From assembly GCA_026936335.1 (NCBI GenBank), contig JAPMXV010000061.1:124001-188000 (forward strand): 64,000 bases of DNA, in the 5' to 3' direction. The stretch is from Mantamonas sphyraenae STR306 (lineage: Eukaryota > Protista > CRuMs). A program made the translations under genes and the position numbers. Below are positions 43,809 to 55,288 of the stretch, one piece after another; within the stretch, counting starts at the first letter, position 1; each line of letters starts with the position of its first letter. The notes beneath the pieces are model-generated. The model was given only the letters and a program-made list of their open reading frames with translations, was not told the DNA's origin and did no database searches.

Positions 43809-46779
43809 ATGAGCGCGTCCATGTCGATGACGGGCCTGGACCGGTTCACCATGAAGGGGGATGCGGTGGGCTCCATCGACGAGGCGTCCTGGGAGTTTAT
43901 CCATCCCCACTCCACATTCCGACGCAACTGGGACCGCATAGTGTTGGCATGCATCATGTACAACGCCTTTATTCTCATGTTCCGCTTCAGCTTCAAGGTG
44001 GAGTTTGAGCTCAACCTCTTTCTGATTGTCGAGTACCTCATGGACCTATTCTTTGTCATCGATGTCCTTCTCAACTTTCGCACAGGCTTCACCCACGCCG
44101 GCAGTGTGGTCCGCGACCGCGACAGGGTAAGGCCAGCGCGAGCGTTGTTTGTGTGTCAGGAAAAAGGCCCCAAATCGAGCAAAGTCCGGGCCCCATCCCT
44201 CTGCGCGACGTCTTGCCCTCTCCGCCCTGGTCGCTGTGATGGCCCTGCTGACCCCATGGACCCGCGCACAGATCTTTGCCCACTATGTGAACAACTGGTT
44301 TACCGTGGATTTCATCTCTGCGTTCCCCTTTGACGTGATTGCGCTCGTGGTGGGTGGTTTCCGTGTCGTGGCCCTGCTTCGGCTGCCGAAAATCATCCGC
44401 GTGACCCGCTTTTTCAATTATTTCCGCATTTGGGAGAACGACATCAACCTGAACAGCAATTTCGTGCGACTGGTCAAGATGTTTCTGGTAAGTGGCGGCG
44501 TGTGTGGAGCCCTGAGCGAGCCCGAGCTTGTTTTCGCGGGCCGTCCGTTTTTCGCCGAGGCTTGTGCTCACACAGGACCACACACTGCTCATCCTGGACA
44601 CCGCCGCTCTTTGTGTGCGGGATTGCTCCCCAACGCTGCGCCACACACCCACGCGACTGCAGGGGATCTTTCTTATTTCGCACTGGATGGGCTGCTTGTG
44701 GTACTACATTCACGAGTTTGCGGACAAAACGTAAGCTGCGCGCGAGAGGGCCGTGTGCAGACCGTGGGAGGGCGCACTGACACACCAAGTTGGGGGCCAC
44801 ACATGGGCTGTTGTGTTGTGCGTCTGTGCGTATGCGTGTCTGTGTCACAGGTGGTTTGAGGCGCCAGGGAAGCCTTTGAGCGAAACGTACCTGTTCTACA
44901 TTCAGAGCTTCTACTGGGTGATCACAACGATGACAGGCGTGGGCTACGGCGACGTGACGCCGACCACAACGCTGGAAACCTACTTTTGCATCACAGTGCA
45001 GCTGCTGGGCATCACGATGTTTGGCTACGTGGTGGGTTCGCTGACGACGCTGATCTCCAACCAGCAGCACACAGTGGCTGCCAACAAGGCAAAGATGGTG
45101 GCCATCAATAGGTACATGGCGTACCGAGACCTGCCTTCCAACATCCGCGAGCGTGTGCTCAACTACTTTCGGTACGAGTTTTCGCGGAACCAGGGCATGG
45201 ACGAAAACGAGATTCTTGGCGACCTGCCGCACACGCTGCGTGGCGAGGTGAACATGTTTCTGCGCCGCAAGATGATTGAGAACGTGGACTTTGTTCCACG
45301 GGGTGCAGCAACACGTTCATCCGCACGCTGGTGATGGTGCTGCAGCCGCAGATCTACGCTCACGGCGACTATGTGGTGCGCCGTGGCGAGATGGGCAACG
45401 AGATGTTCTTCCTGTACAACGGCGTGGTGCAGGTGGTCAACGACCAGGGCCAGGTGACGGAGGAGTTGCACGAGGGAGACTTTTTCGGGGAGGTTGCGCT
45501 GCTGATGAGCTCGCGACGCACGGCGTCGGTGCGTGCAAAGGGCATCTGCGAGGTGTGCAAGCTGACGCGCGAAGATTTGTACAAAGTGTTGGAGGAGAAT
45601 CCCAGCTTCTTGCAGCGCATGAAGGACGTGGCACGCCGTAGGTACCTGAACACGCTGGATTTGCCCGACGACGGCATGACCCTGGGCAACGGGTTGGGAT
45701 CACGTGGCAAGAAGCAGCACATGGATTCCAAGGGCTTCCTGCGCAACATGGGCAACCAACTGCGCAGGGGATTGCTCAACACAGGCAACAGCCCCGCCAA
45801 GAGTGTGGGCGGAGGCACGCCGACAAGCCAGGCCTCCACAGGCACCACACCCAACAGCGCCAACGCAGCAGACGCAGGTGGTTCGCACGACGATGACAGT
45901 GCCACGTCGCCACAGCTGGCTCGATTGCGGGCGAGCGGCGGACGGCGTCGTTCCATGTCGCTGAGCATGGCAGGAGCGGCACAGCTGCTGGCACGAGCCA
46001 ACCGGGCCAAGAACTCGGTCAAGGCCAAGGTGAGAGGCACCACGAGCAACACGAGCAACCCCAACAACAATAGCAAAGAGGAGGAGCAGGAGGAGCAGGA
46101 ACCGGAGGACACCACAGCCACGAACAAAGGTGATCCGACGCCGACGGTGGACGAGGTGAAGGACACATGGGCACCACGACCAGGGTTGGCTGAAAAGATG
46201 AAAGCGCGGGAGGCGGAACGGGAGGCACAGAAGAAGCGCGGCCCAGAGCTGGAGGAGCGGGTGCGTGTGGTGCGTCATGTACAGGAGCTGGACGCACACA
46301 TCGAACACAGCACATCGGAGGAGGGCAAGATGCAACGCAGGCAGGAAGAGGAGAAGCAGGCAGACCTGCACGCGGTGCTTGAGGAAGAGGAGGGGAAGGA
46401 ACGGGAGGAGCAAGAAAGGCTGCGACGCAGGCAATTGGCAATGGGCTTGCTGCGCAGCGAGGAGCAGGAGGAGAAACAAGGCGATGGAGACGAGAACGTG
46501 TATGCGTATGATTCGTCGGATTACTCCTCGGAGGAGGAGGATGAACAGGAGCCAAGGCAAGAGGCGCATCGAACGCAGAGGCAGCAGCCAAGAAGGGGAC
46601 CACAGATTGGACGCAGAGCACCTGTGGGCCGGCATACACATGGAAGCGACAGTGAGTCGGATGGCGAGGGCCAAAGGCGAAGCACAGGGCCCATGAGGCG
46701 TCGGGTGGCCGGTGGCGGAGGCAGGAACGCCGGGACGGGGGGGACTCAACGTCCGCCACAGGTCCGACGAATGCGGTAG
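43809..46779 (+). CDS. Second 6TM GYG-pore channel with cyclic-nucleotide-binding domain
   Basis: IHPHSTFRRNWD, pore TMTGVGYGDV, GDFFGEVALLMSSRRTASVRA; introns ~44127-44271, 44488-44661 and 44731-44850; two +1 indels at 45290-45303. Confidence 0.88.
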
Positions 46780-47066
46780 AAAGCGCCGGTGGGCACAATG
46801 TACTGTAACCAAAATGAAGACGCCGATGGACAAAGGCAAAGGTTTGTGGCAGATGTGTGGGGGTGAGAGTGCACGTTGGTGTTGTTGCTGCTGGTGTGGG
46901 CCGCTGACTTTTGATTTTTGCGCACCCAAGACCATGGATCATGGAATACCTGCCACAGACCTCATTCATCCATTCCCATGGTCAACACGGTGACCAATGC
47001 CACATGCGGAGCACCCACAATGCGCACTACACGACAACCATTTCCAACAACAAGAACAACACTGCA

Positions 47067-47833
47067 ATGAGGATCCGATATGCAAACGAGTGCTGCTGTG
47101 GGTGCACACTGCAGACAGGAGTGCTGATCCTGGCCGTGCTGGAGATCATTGGTGGCGTGGTGGCGTTCATCAACATGATCCTCAACCCGCGTGGGAACAC
47201 CGTGGTCTTTGGCATCTTTGGCATCATCTTTGTGGTCATTGGCGTCACCGGGTGGCTGGGTGCCCAGCACTACGAACGCGTAGGTGGCCTTTGTGCGGGT
47301 TCATCAGCCCTGGGTGGGCCGTCGTCGTGCGAGAGGCTGACACTCACCCTGCAAATTGCGTTCACCCCGCTTTCCCCACACAGAAAAAGCTGCAGTGGTT
47401 CTTCTGGGGCGAGGTGTTGCGCCAAATCTACGCGTTTGCCGTGGTGGTGTGGCAATGGTCCAACCCGACGCGCTTCTGCCAGGAGAACAACGTGCGCCCG
47501 GGCGACCTGGAGCTGTGTGCACGCGAAGTGACGGCTCAAAGCATTCTTGGCATGATCCTCCTCTTTTCCCTCGGCGGCTACTTCATTTGGATCACCTTTT
47601 CCTTCTGGAAGAAGGTCGACAACGGCGAGCTGCCCGGTCGCATGTACAGCAACATGGACGGCGGTGCCCCCGCGCAGGGCTATGTGGTCACCGTGGTCAC
47701 CGATCAGCCCCAGCAGTCCTACGCCCCGTCCGCTCCCCAGTCTGCCGTCAGCTATGGAACCACAACCAACCAGGGCGTCGTCACAGGTGTGCCCGTCAAC
47801 CCCAACCAAAACCAGACCAGCTACAACAATTGA
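47067..47833 (+). CDS. Four-TM membrane protein (CCC..L.TG N-terminus; LAPTM/DUF4728-like)
   Basis: ECCCGCTLQTGVLILAVL, four TM segments and a P/Q/Y-rich tail; intron 47280-47383. Confidence 0.75.
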
Positions 47834-47920
47834 TGCGTTGGCAAGAACGAATCAAGCATCTGTGCTTCTTGCATCCCCCCCCCCCCAACACACACACCGT
47901 TTGCTGTCTTGCACGATCCA

Positions 47921-48914
47921 TCACAGGCCACCCGATATCCTGAGCACCTGACCCGTGACGTAGCGAGCGTGCAAGAGATACTGGACGCCGTGGGCAACGT
48001 CGTGCACGCTTCCCATGCGTCCCATGGGAATGGTACTGAGTGCATGTGCACGTGCAGCCTTGGTCATACTTTGGGTCATGTCCGTGTCGATGAATCCCGG
48101 TGCCACTGCGTTCACTCGGATCCCTGTGCCTGCAAAGTTCCACGTTGAGTGCCTGCGAAAACCCAAGCACCCCTGCCTTGCTTGCCGCATACGCCGTCTG
48201 CCCTGGCAATGCACTCGTGGCTGCCACAGAGGACACGTGAACCATGCAGCAATCGCCCTCCTCCGGTCGTACGTATGCTCCCTGCTCCCGGTTCCCGTTG
48301 TTTGCCTCTTGCGGCTGATCACTCACTTCTTCTTGCTCCTTGTTGAGCCGCATACGACGTGCCTCACGCATCATGGAAGGCAGCACGGCACGTGAGAGGT
48401 AGATGGTGCCCATTAGATTGGTGTGTATCTGTTCATGAAGAGTGTCCATGGAGCTGCGCAGGAGCAACCCGTCGTGGTTGATCCCGCTGCACGTCACAAG
48501 CACCTGCGGATTTACATCCAATTCCGTACGAATGCGAGCATGCACATCATCCGCATTGCTGACATCACACACAATGCCACGGTGTTCCTGGCCCTCACAC
48601 ATCGTCGGCAGCGTCGCAAGTGCTGCGGCTATCCTTTCCTCGTTCCTTGCCACAACTAAGCCCCCATGGGAACACCGGTGCATGTGTGGATGGACAACCA
48701 AGATGATGAGTGTGCAAGCGTATATGTGGTTGGGAACACGGCGTGGATGAGACTTGTCAGCAGGGATTCTCCATCAAGCGCGTACACCCCCCTCCACCCC
48801 CGTCAGCTGTCACTCACTGCCCACGCTGTACTTCTCCGCTGCCAACATCTGAGCCACAGCCAGTCCAATGCCTCGGTTGCCTCCACTGACAAGAGCAAAG
48901 CGCCCACTGGACAT
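47921..48914 (-). CDS. Short-chain dehydrogenase, FabG/CBR4-like
   Basis: ALVSGGNRGIG, NHDGLL, YAASKAG, GIRVNAVAPGFIDTDMT and YVTGQVL; intron 48817-48656; one extra base at 48134-48136. Confidence 0.9.
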
Positions 48915-49097
48915 CGCTTTGTTTCAAAAGGTGGTCGGGACGGCGTGTCATCATGTTTTTCTTTCCTTGAATTGCAGTCGTGCATGTGGACACACATGTG
49001 TGCTACATCGCACACAGTCACAGACCCACTCACTGCCCTTCCTGTCCAATGGCGAGGGGAAATCGCCGGACACTCGCCGCTCTGCCTCAAATCCCAG

Positions 49098-49163
49098 CCC
49101 CATCATCCAATTCATGCACGCACCCACGACACGGGGTGTTTGGTGCACAGGAGTCCTGTGGGG
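49098..49163 (-). promoter_or_regulatory. Candidate form-2 SECIS-like hairpin (non-canonical AGGA core)
   Basis: CCCCA-C-AGGAC-UCCUGUGCACC-AAA-CAC(cccguguc)GUG-GGUGCGUGCA-UGAA-uuggauga-UGGGG, ~100 nt downstream of the TGA-containing ORF; folded by eye. Confidence 0.4.
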
Positions 49164-49206
49164 TGCAAGCAGGACACATGTCCTACCTACAACCGAGAGA
49201 GCGGGG

Positions 49207-49208
<2 letters not shown>

Positions 49209-49244
<36 letters not shown>
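49209..49244. repeat. (GT)n/(CA)n microsatellite
   Basis: Directly visible; similar tracts occur in many introns. Confidence 0.9.
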
Positions 49245-49245
<1 letters not shown>

Positions 49246-49266
49246 TCACCCGCGCGTGCCAATCAC

Positions 49267-49656
49267 TTAGAAGCCGAGGAAGTTCTCGGCCACGTACACC
49301 AAAAGGGTAAAGGCTGCAGCGGCGACGCCACTCTTGATGTTGATCTCGGTGGCCTTCTCACGCAGCTTGCCCAGGTAGGCCTTGTCAGCAACGTCCTCGG
49401 ACTTGCCCGAGTCCTCACGCATGGCACGCTTCCCCTTGCGTGCCAGCAACACTCAAACCTTTTCTGCCGCCTGAATGAAGCTGACGGCAGCAAAGTAGGA
49501 GCCCACAAAGGCGGTGAGCAGGCGCGTCCACGCTGCAGAGTCCATGGTACGTTGCGCAAGCAGCAGTGCAAGCGTGAGTGCAGTGCACACATAACCATTG
49601 CGCTGGCGCACGTTGGCGTTGCGAGTGCTCAGGTTTGTAACTTCCTTGTCACTCAT
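49267..49656 (-). CDS. Small three-TM membrane protein with in-frame TGA at codon 68 (candidate selenoprotein), 129 aa
   Basis: ORFs 49453-49767 and 49267-49452 abut in the same frame: SFIQAAEKV*VLLARKGKR; terminal stop is TAA. Confidence 0.75.
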
Positions 49657-49738
49657 TGGAGGTGGGTGTGTGTCTGGAGGAGAGCAAACGGGGTTGGCAG
49701 GGCGCGCGCGCGCCGATGCAAAAACACCCCAAACTCCC

Positions 49739-52563
49739 ATGGCGTCGTCTTCGTCGTACACTCCCACGTCGAAAGAAGTGGAGGCGTACCGAATTCAATT
49801 GCAACAGGAGCAGGAGGAGCAGGAGAGGGAGTTGCAGGAGCATATCCGGCAACGCAAGGGCCTGGATCCAGGCACTACCTCCACCTCTTCCTCTAGCTCC
49901 TCCTCCTCCTCCTCTTCTTCACCATCCCCATCCCCATCCCCATCTCTATATCCATCGGCTCAGCCTGCTCCTTCGCAGGGGTTGTTGCAAACCTCCGCAA
50001 GCACAGAGAGCAACGTATCAGGAACAGCCACCGAGGCGTCCAACAGCGCCCTGGAAAGCATGGATGTCGAGGTGGTCATCGACATCCTTCGCACCAGCGA
50101 ACACCGCAACGCGCAATCCCAATCCTCGGGTGCCATTTACAATTATTCAAAGCAGGAAGGTACGCACAGACACCCGCTTTGTGTGAGTGTGGCAACGGCC
50201 CGTTTCCCGACAACCGACACCCCCCTCCCCCCCACACACACCCCATTCCAGACAAAATCAAACTCTTGCGTGACAAGGGTGCTGTTGAGGTCCTTCTCGA
50301 CCGCCTGGCATCGACCTTTCGAGAGGTGCGACGCTTTGCCGTCCTGTCGTTGTCGAGAATGGCAAGCAGCAGTGGTGAGTTGGGTTCCCCTTGCATTGTT
50401 TTCGTTTTGGGAACGTCCCCCACCCTCACACCCAATGTCCATTCGCGCCCTCCTCCCTTCCCCTCCTCTCAGTGGAGACTCGCATCGACGTGCGACGCCT
50501 GGACGGCTTCCCCAAGATCAAAGAGATGATGGAAGTCGATCCAGACCTGCGAGCAGAGGGACTGGTGCTCCTGAACTTTCTCTGCCACAACGACAGTACG
50601 TAATATTTGCGGTTGTGATCCCATGTGATCCCACACCCCATGGCGGGGGAGGTTGGGGGATGAGGAGTTGTAACCTTAACCCTAACCCACTCACACTCAC
50701 ACTCACACATTCACACACACCACCAACACAAACACAGCCTACAACAAGGACATGGTTGTGACCAGTGGCATGGTGCCAGATCTGGTGCATATGCTACAAG
50801 ACCATCAGAGTGTGGTTGTGCGCACGTATGCGACGACGCTGATTGGCAACGTGTGCTACGACAACGTGGACTGCCAGCGACAGGTGCTGGAAGGCAGGGG
50901 TGTGGACAAGGTGCTCCACATGGTGGGTGACCTGGACGAGAGCCTTGCGCGACAGTCCTTGTTTGCCTTGAACAACCTGGTGTCGCGGAACAAGGCGATC
51001 AAGGATCGTCTGCGTGAACTGGACGGCATCCGAGTGTTGCTGGATCTGCTCAAGCGCGTGAGTTACGACCTGCGTGTGGATCTGCTGCTGTGTATGTACA
51101 ACGTGTTGTCCAACAACGATGCAAACAAGCACGACTTTCTGCGGCACGACGGCCCCACGGTGCTCTTCATCAACATGGCCGCAGAAAACATCCAAATCCA
51201 ACTGTCGGCGCTGTCCATCCTGCGTCTGTTCCTGTTCAAACGCTTCAAGGAGACACAGGACAGTGCGGTGGTGCGTGCCCTGCTGACGGGTGTCAAGGAC
51301 GAGGGCAACCACAGCGCCGTGCGATCGGAGTGCATGCGTCTGTTGCTGGTGCTGGTCAACCTCAACCAAGAGATGGAGTTTGTGTTCCACGAGCAGGGTG
51401 GCCTGCAGAACGTGATGCACATCCTGCAGGACAGCAACCAATCCGACGTCCACCAACTCGCCCTTCGCCTCCTCATCGTCATGACCAAGGCCAGTGCATC
51501 CACCCTGCACTTTGAAATCAAACACTTGGGTGCCACAAACACCATGGTCAAGCTCCTGCGTGCACACACCCAACCCGAGGTCCAACGCCTGGCCGCCGTC
51601 GCCCTCAACAACTTTTGCCTGGCGAGCCCCGAGATGGGCGAACAGTTCCGTGAGGCCGAAGGAGTGATGCCTCTTGTGGCCATGCTCTCTGCTGCCCAGG
51701 TGCCCAGTATCCAGGAACAGGCTGCGTTTACCCTGCGCAACCTCGGCGTGAAGAATCCCCGTGTCAGGGAGGAGGTGCGCTCCCTGGGTGGTCTCAAGGC
51801 CCTGTTGGACATGGTGTCATCGTCCAGCAAGGAGAATGTGATCAAGGCCGCTCTTCGTCTTGTGATCCAGCTGTGTTCCGGCTCGCAACTGTCCATCCGC
51901 GAGTTTGCCATCAAGTTGCGTGGCATCAAACCCGTGATTGAGGTGTTGTGCAACTCGGACAACCAGGTGCTGCAGGCACTGGCATGCCATCTGCTCATGC
52001 TGCTTGGGGCACACAGCGAGGACATGAAGACGACGATTGTGTTGCACGAGGCCATGCCTGCGCTTGTGTTTTACATCCGTTCCGACAACGCAGAGGTGCG
52101 CCTGTGGGCCTGTGCCTGTCTCAAGGTGCTGTGTTGCAACATGCCTGCCATCAAGCATGTCTTTCGCAAAGTCCATGGCATCAAGGCCACCCTGCCCGCA
52201 TGCACCGACAGCGACAAACGCGTGCAGGAGCAGGCCCTCAAGCTGCTTGCCACCGCAGTGTACAAGAATGACGCCAACAAGAAACTGCTCAAGCAGTTGG
52301 GTGCCCGCAAACAGATTTATCCCATGACCGACCCAGAGACCCACGGGGATGTCATATCCACCGCTGCACGACGTGTCCTCCGCAACCTTGGCGAACTCTT
52401 CTTCAGCAAACGCGTCATGGGCAACGACAGTTCCCTCGTGGGCGAGGCCGATGACGAGGCAAAGGCTGCTGCTGCTGCTGCTGCTGCTGCAAAGGCCAAA
52501 ACAACTGCCAAGGCACAGGCTGCTGGTGGAGCCAGTTCGTCGTCGTCCAGCGTCCACAGGTAG
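49739..52563 (+). CDS. Armadillo-repeat protein
   Basis: Many ARM repeats (GVMPLVAML, QEQAAFTLRNL, GGLKALLDM); three 5' introns between 50160 and ~50737. Confidence 0.85.
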
Positions 52564-52841
52564 ACCCAAATGATGATGATGATGATGTGGGTGGGTGGGT
52601 GGGTGGTGCACAGTGGGAAATGCAATGGATGCAATGTTGGTCAACCTTTGCAATGTGTGTGGGTTGTTTGGATGGAGAGGATGAATTGTGCGCCGGCGCT
52701 GGCAAGCGAAACACACACACCGCACACCCCTGCAACCCTTTGTATTCCAACCTGGATCACAATCCACATCGGAACAGCACTCGCACCATCATCTCTGCAC
52801 CCATCACGCAACTGCAACCCAATCGCACCATCATCACAACA

Positions 52842-53648
52842 ATGACGAGCGTCGAACAACCTGCACTCAAGTCAACATACGGCCAGACCGCCGTTTCCAA
52901 GGCCGAGGAGGACCGCCTGGCCGCCACCGCCAAGTCCATGGCCGAACTCCATCGTCTGTACGAAGCCAACCCCGAGTTGGACCCCACCGGCACCTACAAG
53001 CGCATCCACAAGGTGAGTGGCGTGTGCGGGAAGCGCGAGAGGAAAAACCAATTTCAAAAAGTGGCCGTTGGACGCAAAAAGGCGCGCAAACGGCAACTGA
53101 GAGGGAAATTTCCCGAGGGAAACTCACACACGCATGCACGCATGCACATACCATGCACACAGGCCCGCAAGAACCGCGCCAAGAAGAGCAAGAAGGCGTC
53201 GAAGCATGTGGTGGGCATGAAGAGCCCCGGCGTGACCGTGGATACCAAGCCACGCCGCAAGGCCAGCTCGCGCAAGAGCATCTTTGTCGCCGCCAAGGAG
53301 CTTGCCTTTTTCCGCCGCGAGCATGCCGCGGACAAGGAGAACGGCAACGGCAACGGCGTCATGTCACCCAAACTCAAGGATGTGGGATTCCACAAGGGAG
53401 GCATGGAGGACAACGAGGAAGATCTGGAAGCCATCCAGGAGCAGATTGCCATGCTTCAAGCCAAGCTGAGTGCCCTCAGGCAGAACGGCAATGGCAATGG
53501 CAATGGCAATGGCAGCAAGCCAAGCACCTCTGCACCGCCGCCTCCTCCGCCTCCTCCGTCGCGAGCCCTGATCATGGGTTCGGGCAAGACCATTGGTCGC
53601 CAGCAATCCAAGCTGCTGTCGAGTCTGGTGCAGGCAAGTGCCGAGGGA

Positions 53649-53691
<43 letters not shown>

Positions 53692-54506
53692 GTGAGGATG
53701 GTGAGGTGACAGCTGCCACACCGCAGTCGACCGTGTCGTCTGCCTCGTCTGCGTTCCGTTCGCCGCAGCCCAACACGGCGGGTGCCAACACACCCGCCCG
53801 TTCGCTGGCTGAGCTGTTTTCGCCGCAGAACAAGGATGCCAATGGTGAGCTGATGTCGCCGTCGGCCATCCTGGGTCGCCGTCGTGCAGCCACCAGCAGC
53901 AGCACCACCAGCACCACCGCCACCGCCGCCGCCAACAATGAGGGACGCCCCAATCTGGCGTCGCACATTGGACCCGAGGCTGTGCGTGCACTGCGCAAGA
54001 GCAACATCCCTCGCTCGCCTGGAGGCACGCCGTTGAAGACGGGCTACGTGGCGTCCAATCCCAGCTCGCACACAGAGATGCTTCGTCTTGCGTTGGAACG
54101 CAAGTTTGCCAACGAGGACGACGAGGATCGTGACGAGGAGGAAGACGACGACGAGGACGACGATGGATTTGCCACCGAGGAGGATGAGGACGACAACGAC
54201 AACGATGAGGAGGTGGAGAACAACACACCCGTGATGGCCAGCAACAGCGACAACATCCTCAAGACCCACACCAACGTCGGCGTCATCAAGCAGGAGGACG
54301 AGTTTGTGCCCTGCACCCCTCCTGAGGATGAGTATGCGCCGCCGGCTGTGGCGGACGACGTGGACGACGACGAGGAGGACGAAGTCGAGGAGGAGGAGGA
54401 GGAACTGGACGAGATGGATTCGGATGAGGAGGAGGAGGAGGTCGATGAGGTCTCTCTGCCTGCCCTCAGTCCATCCCTGAGGCAGGTGACACCCATTCGA
54501 GTGTGA
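52842..54506 (+). CDS. PRR11/MTFR1-like proline-rich protein
   Basis: Coiled coil EQIAMLQAKL, poly-Pro, LRKSNIPRSPGGTPL and MLRLALERKF; in-frame intron 53013-53162. Confidence 0.7.
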
Positions 54507-54788
54507 TTCTCGAGACGGCGGATGCTCTGGCACCCCCTTCCTCTCGAGGACACAAGGACGGAAGAGGGGAGGGGTGCAATAAGTCAAAGGGCAAGAAGAG
54601 AGGAGTGAGGGCAACAGGGTGAGGGATTGCATGCATGGCACTCTCCCGCGATCTTTGCTGATCTCGGCGAAACCTGGCCACGGCAAACCTTGACCCTTCC
54701 CATCTCTGTCTCTCTCTGTCTCTCTCTCCCGTGGGAGTCCTTCCCAGAATGCACAAGGTTGTGTACCCAACTATTGTTCACTTGTGGT

Positions 54789-55256
54789 TCAAAGTTCCGT
54801 CTTGTCGTTGCGACGTCCCAGGGGACCAAAGAGGAGCTTGCGTGCAGATGGAGGCAAGGACTGCGTGAGAGCCTCCTTCATGCGAGCCACCTCTGGGTCA
54901 TCCAAGTCGGCCTGACCACGACGGAGGGCAAAGAGGAGCTGGAACCAGGACGGGTTGCCACGCAGCACACCCAGGATGCGCTCGACACTGGCACGATCGA
55001 GATTGTGGAGTGCCTGTCGGAGCTGTTCTTGCTGCTTCTGCGCTGTGTCATGGAGGGATTGTTGGGCCTCGGCACGAAGGGAGGCAGAGGCAAGCTGGGC
55101 CTGGAGATCAAGTTTGACGGTGGTGGGACTCGGCAGCGGAGTGGCATTGCGCATGGGCTTCTTGAGTGCATGTGCCACGTGGAATCCATCCACAATAAGG
55201 AGGAGGAGGAGGAGAACATGCGGGAGGGATATGGTGCATGCTGCAATGCGACGCAT
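54789..55256 (-). CDS. Small signal-peptide protein ending in KTEL (probably ER-lumenal), unknown function
   Basis: MRRIAACTISLPHVLLLLLLIVDGFHVAHA... NDKTEL*; 155 aa. Confidence 0.65.
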   Translation of the reverse strand: MRRIAACTISLPHVLLLLLLIVDGFHVAHALKKPMRNATPLPSPTTVKLDLQAQLASASLRAEAQQSLHDTAQKQQEQLRQALHNLDRASVERILGVLRGNPSWFQLLFALRRGQADLDDPEVARMKEALTQSLPPSARKLLFGPLGRRNDKTEL

Positions 55257-55288
55257 GGGCCAACGGTGTGATCGGGGAACGAGAGTGG

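Noticed and set aside
45290-48136. Programmed +1 ribosomal frameshifting (Euplotes- or Ty-like) as a system
   Set aside because: There is no shared slippery site or adjacent stop codon, and deletions occur as well as insertions; assembly error is more parsimonious.
48975-49025. Alternative GUGA-core SECIS candidate
   Set aside because: It lacks apical AA, pairs weakly, and has a competing local hairpin.
49453-49455. Genome-wide UGA reassignment to Trp or Cys
   Set aside because: TGA is the normal terminator of many conserved genes here (GSTK1, TRAPPC5, COQ2, XPO4) and no other in-frame TGA was seen.
49429-49458. 24-nt intron (GTTTGA...GCAAG) removing the in-frame TGA
   Set aside because: It is much shorter than other introns here (80 nt or more), has no CA/pyrimidine tract or branch site, and would delete the presumed conserved motif. 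RNA-seq is still needed.
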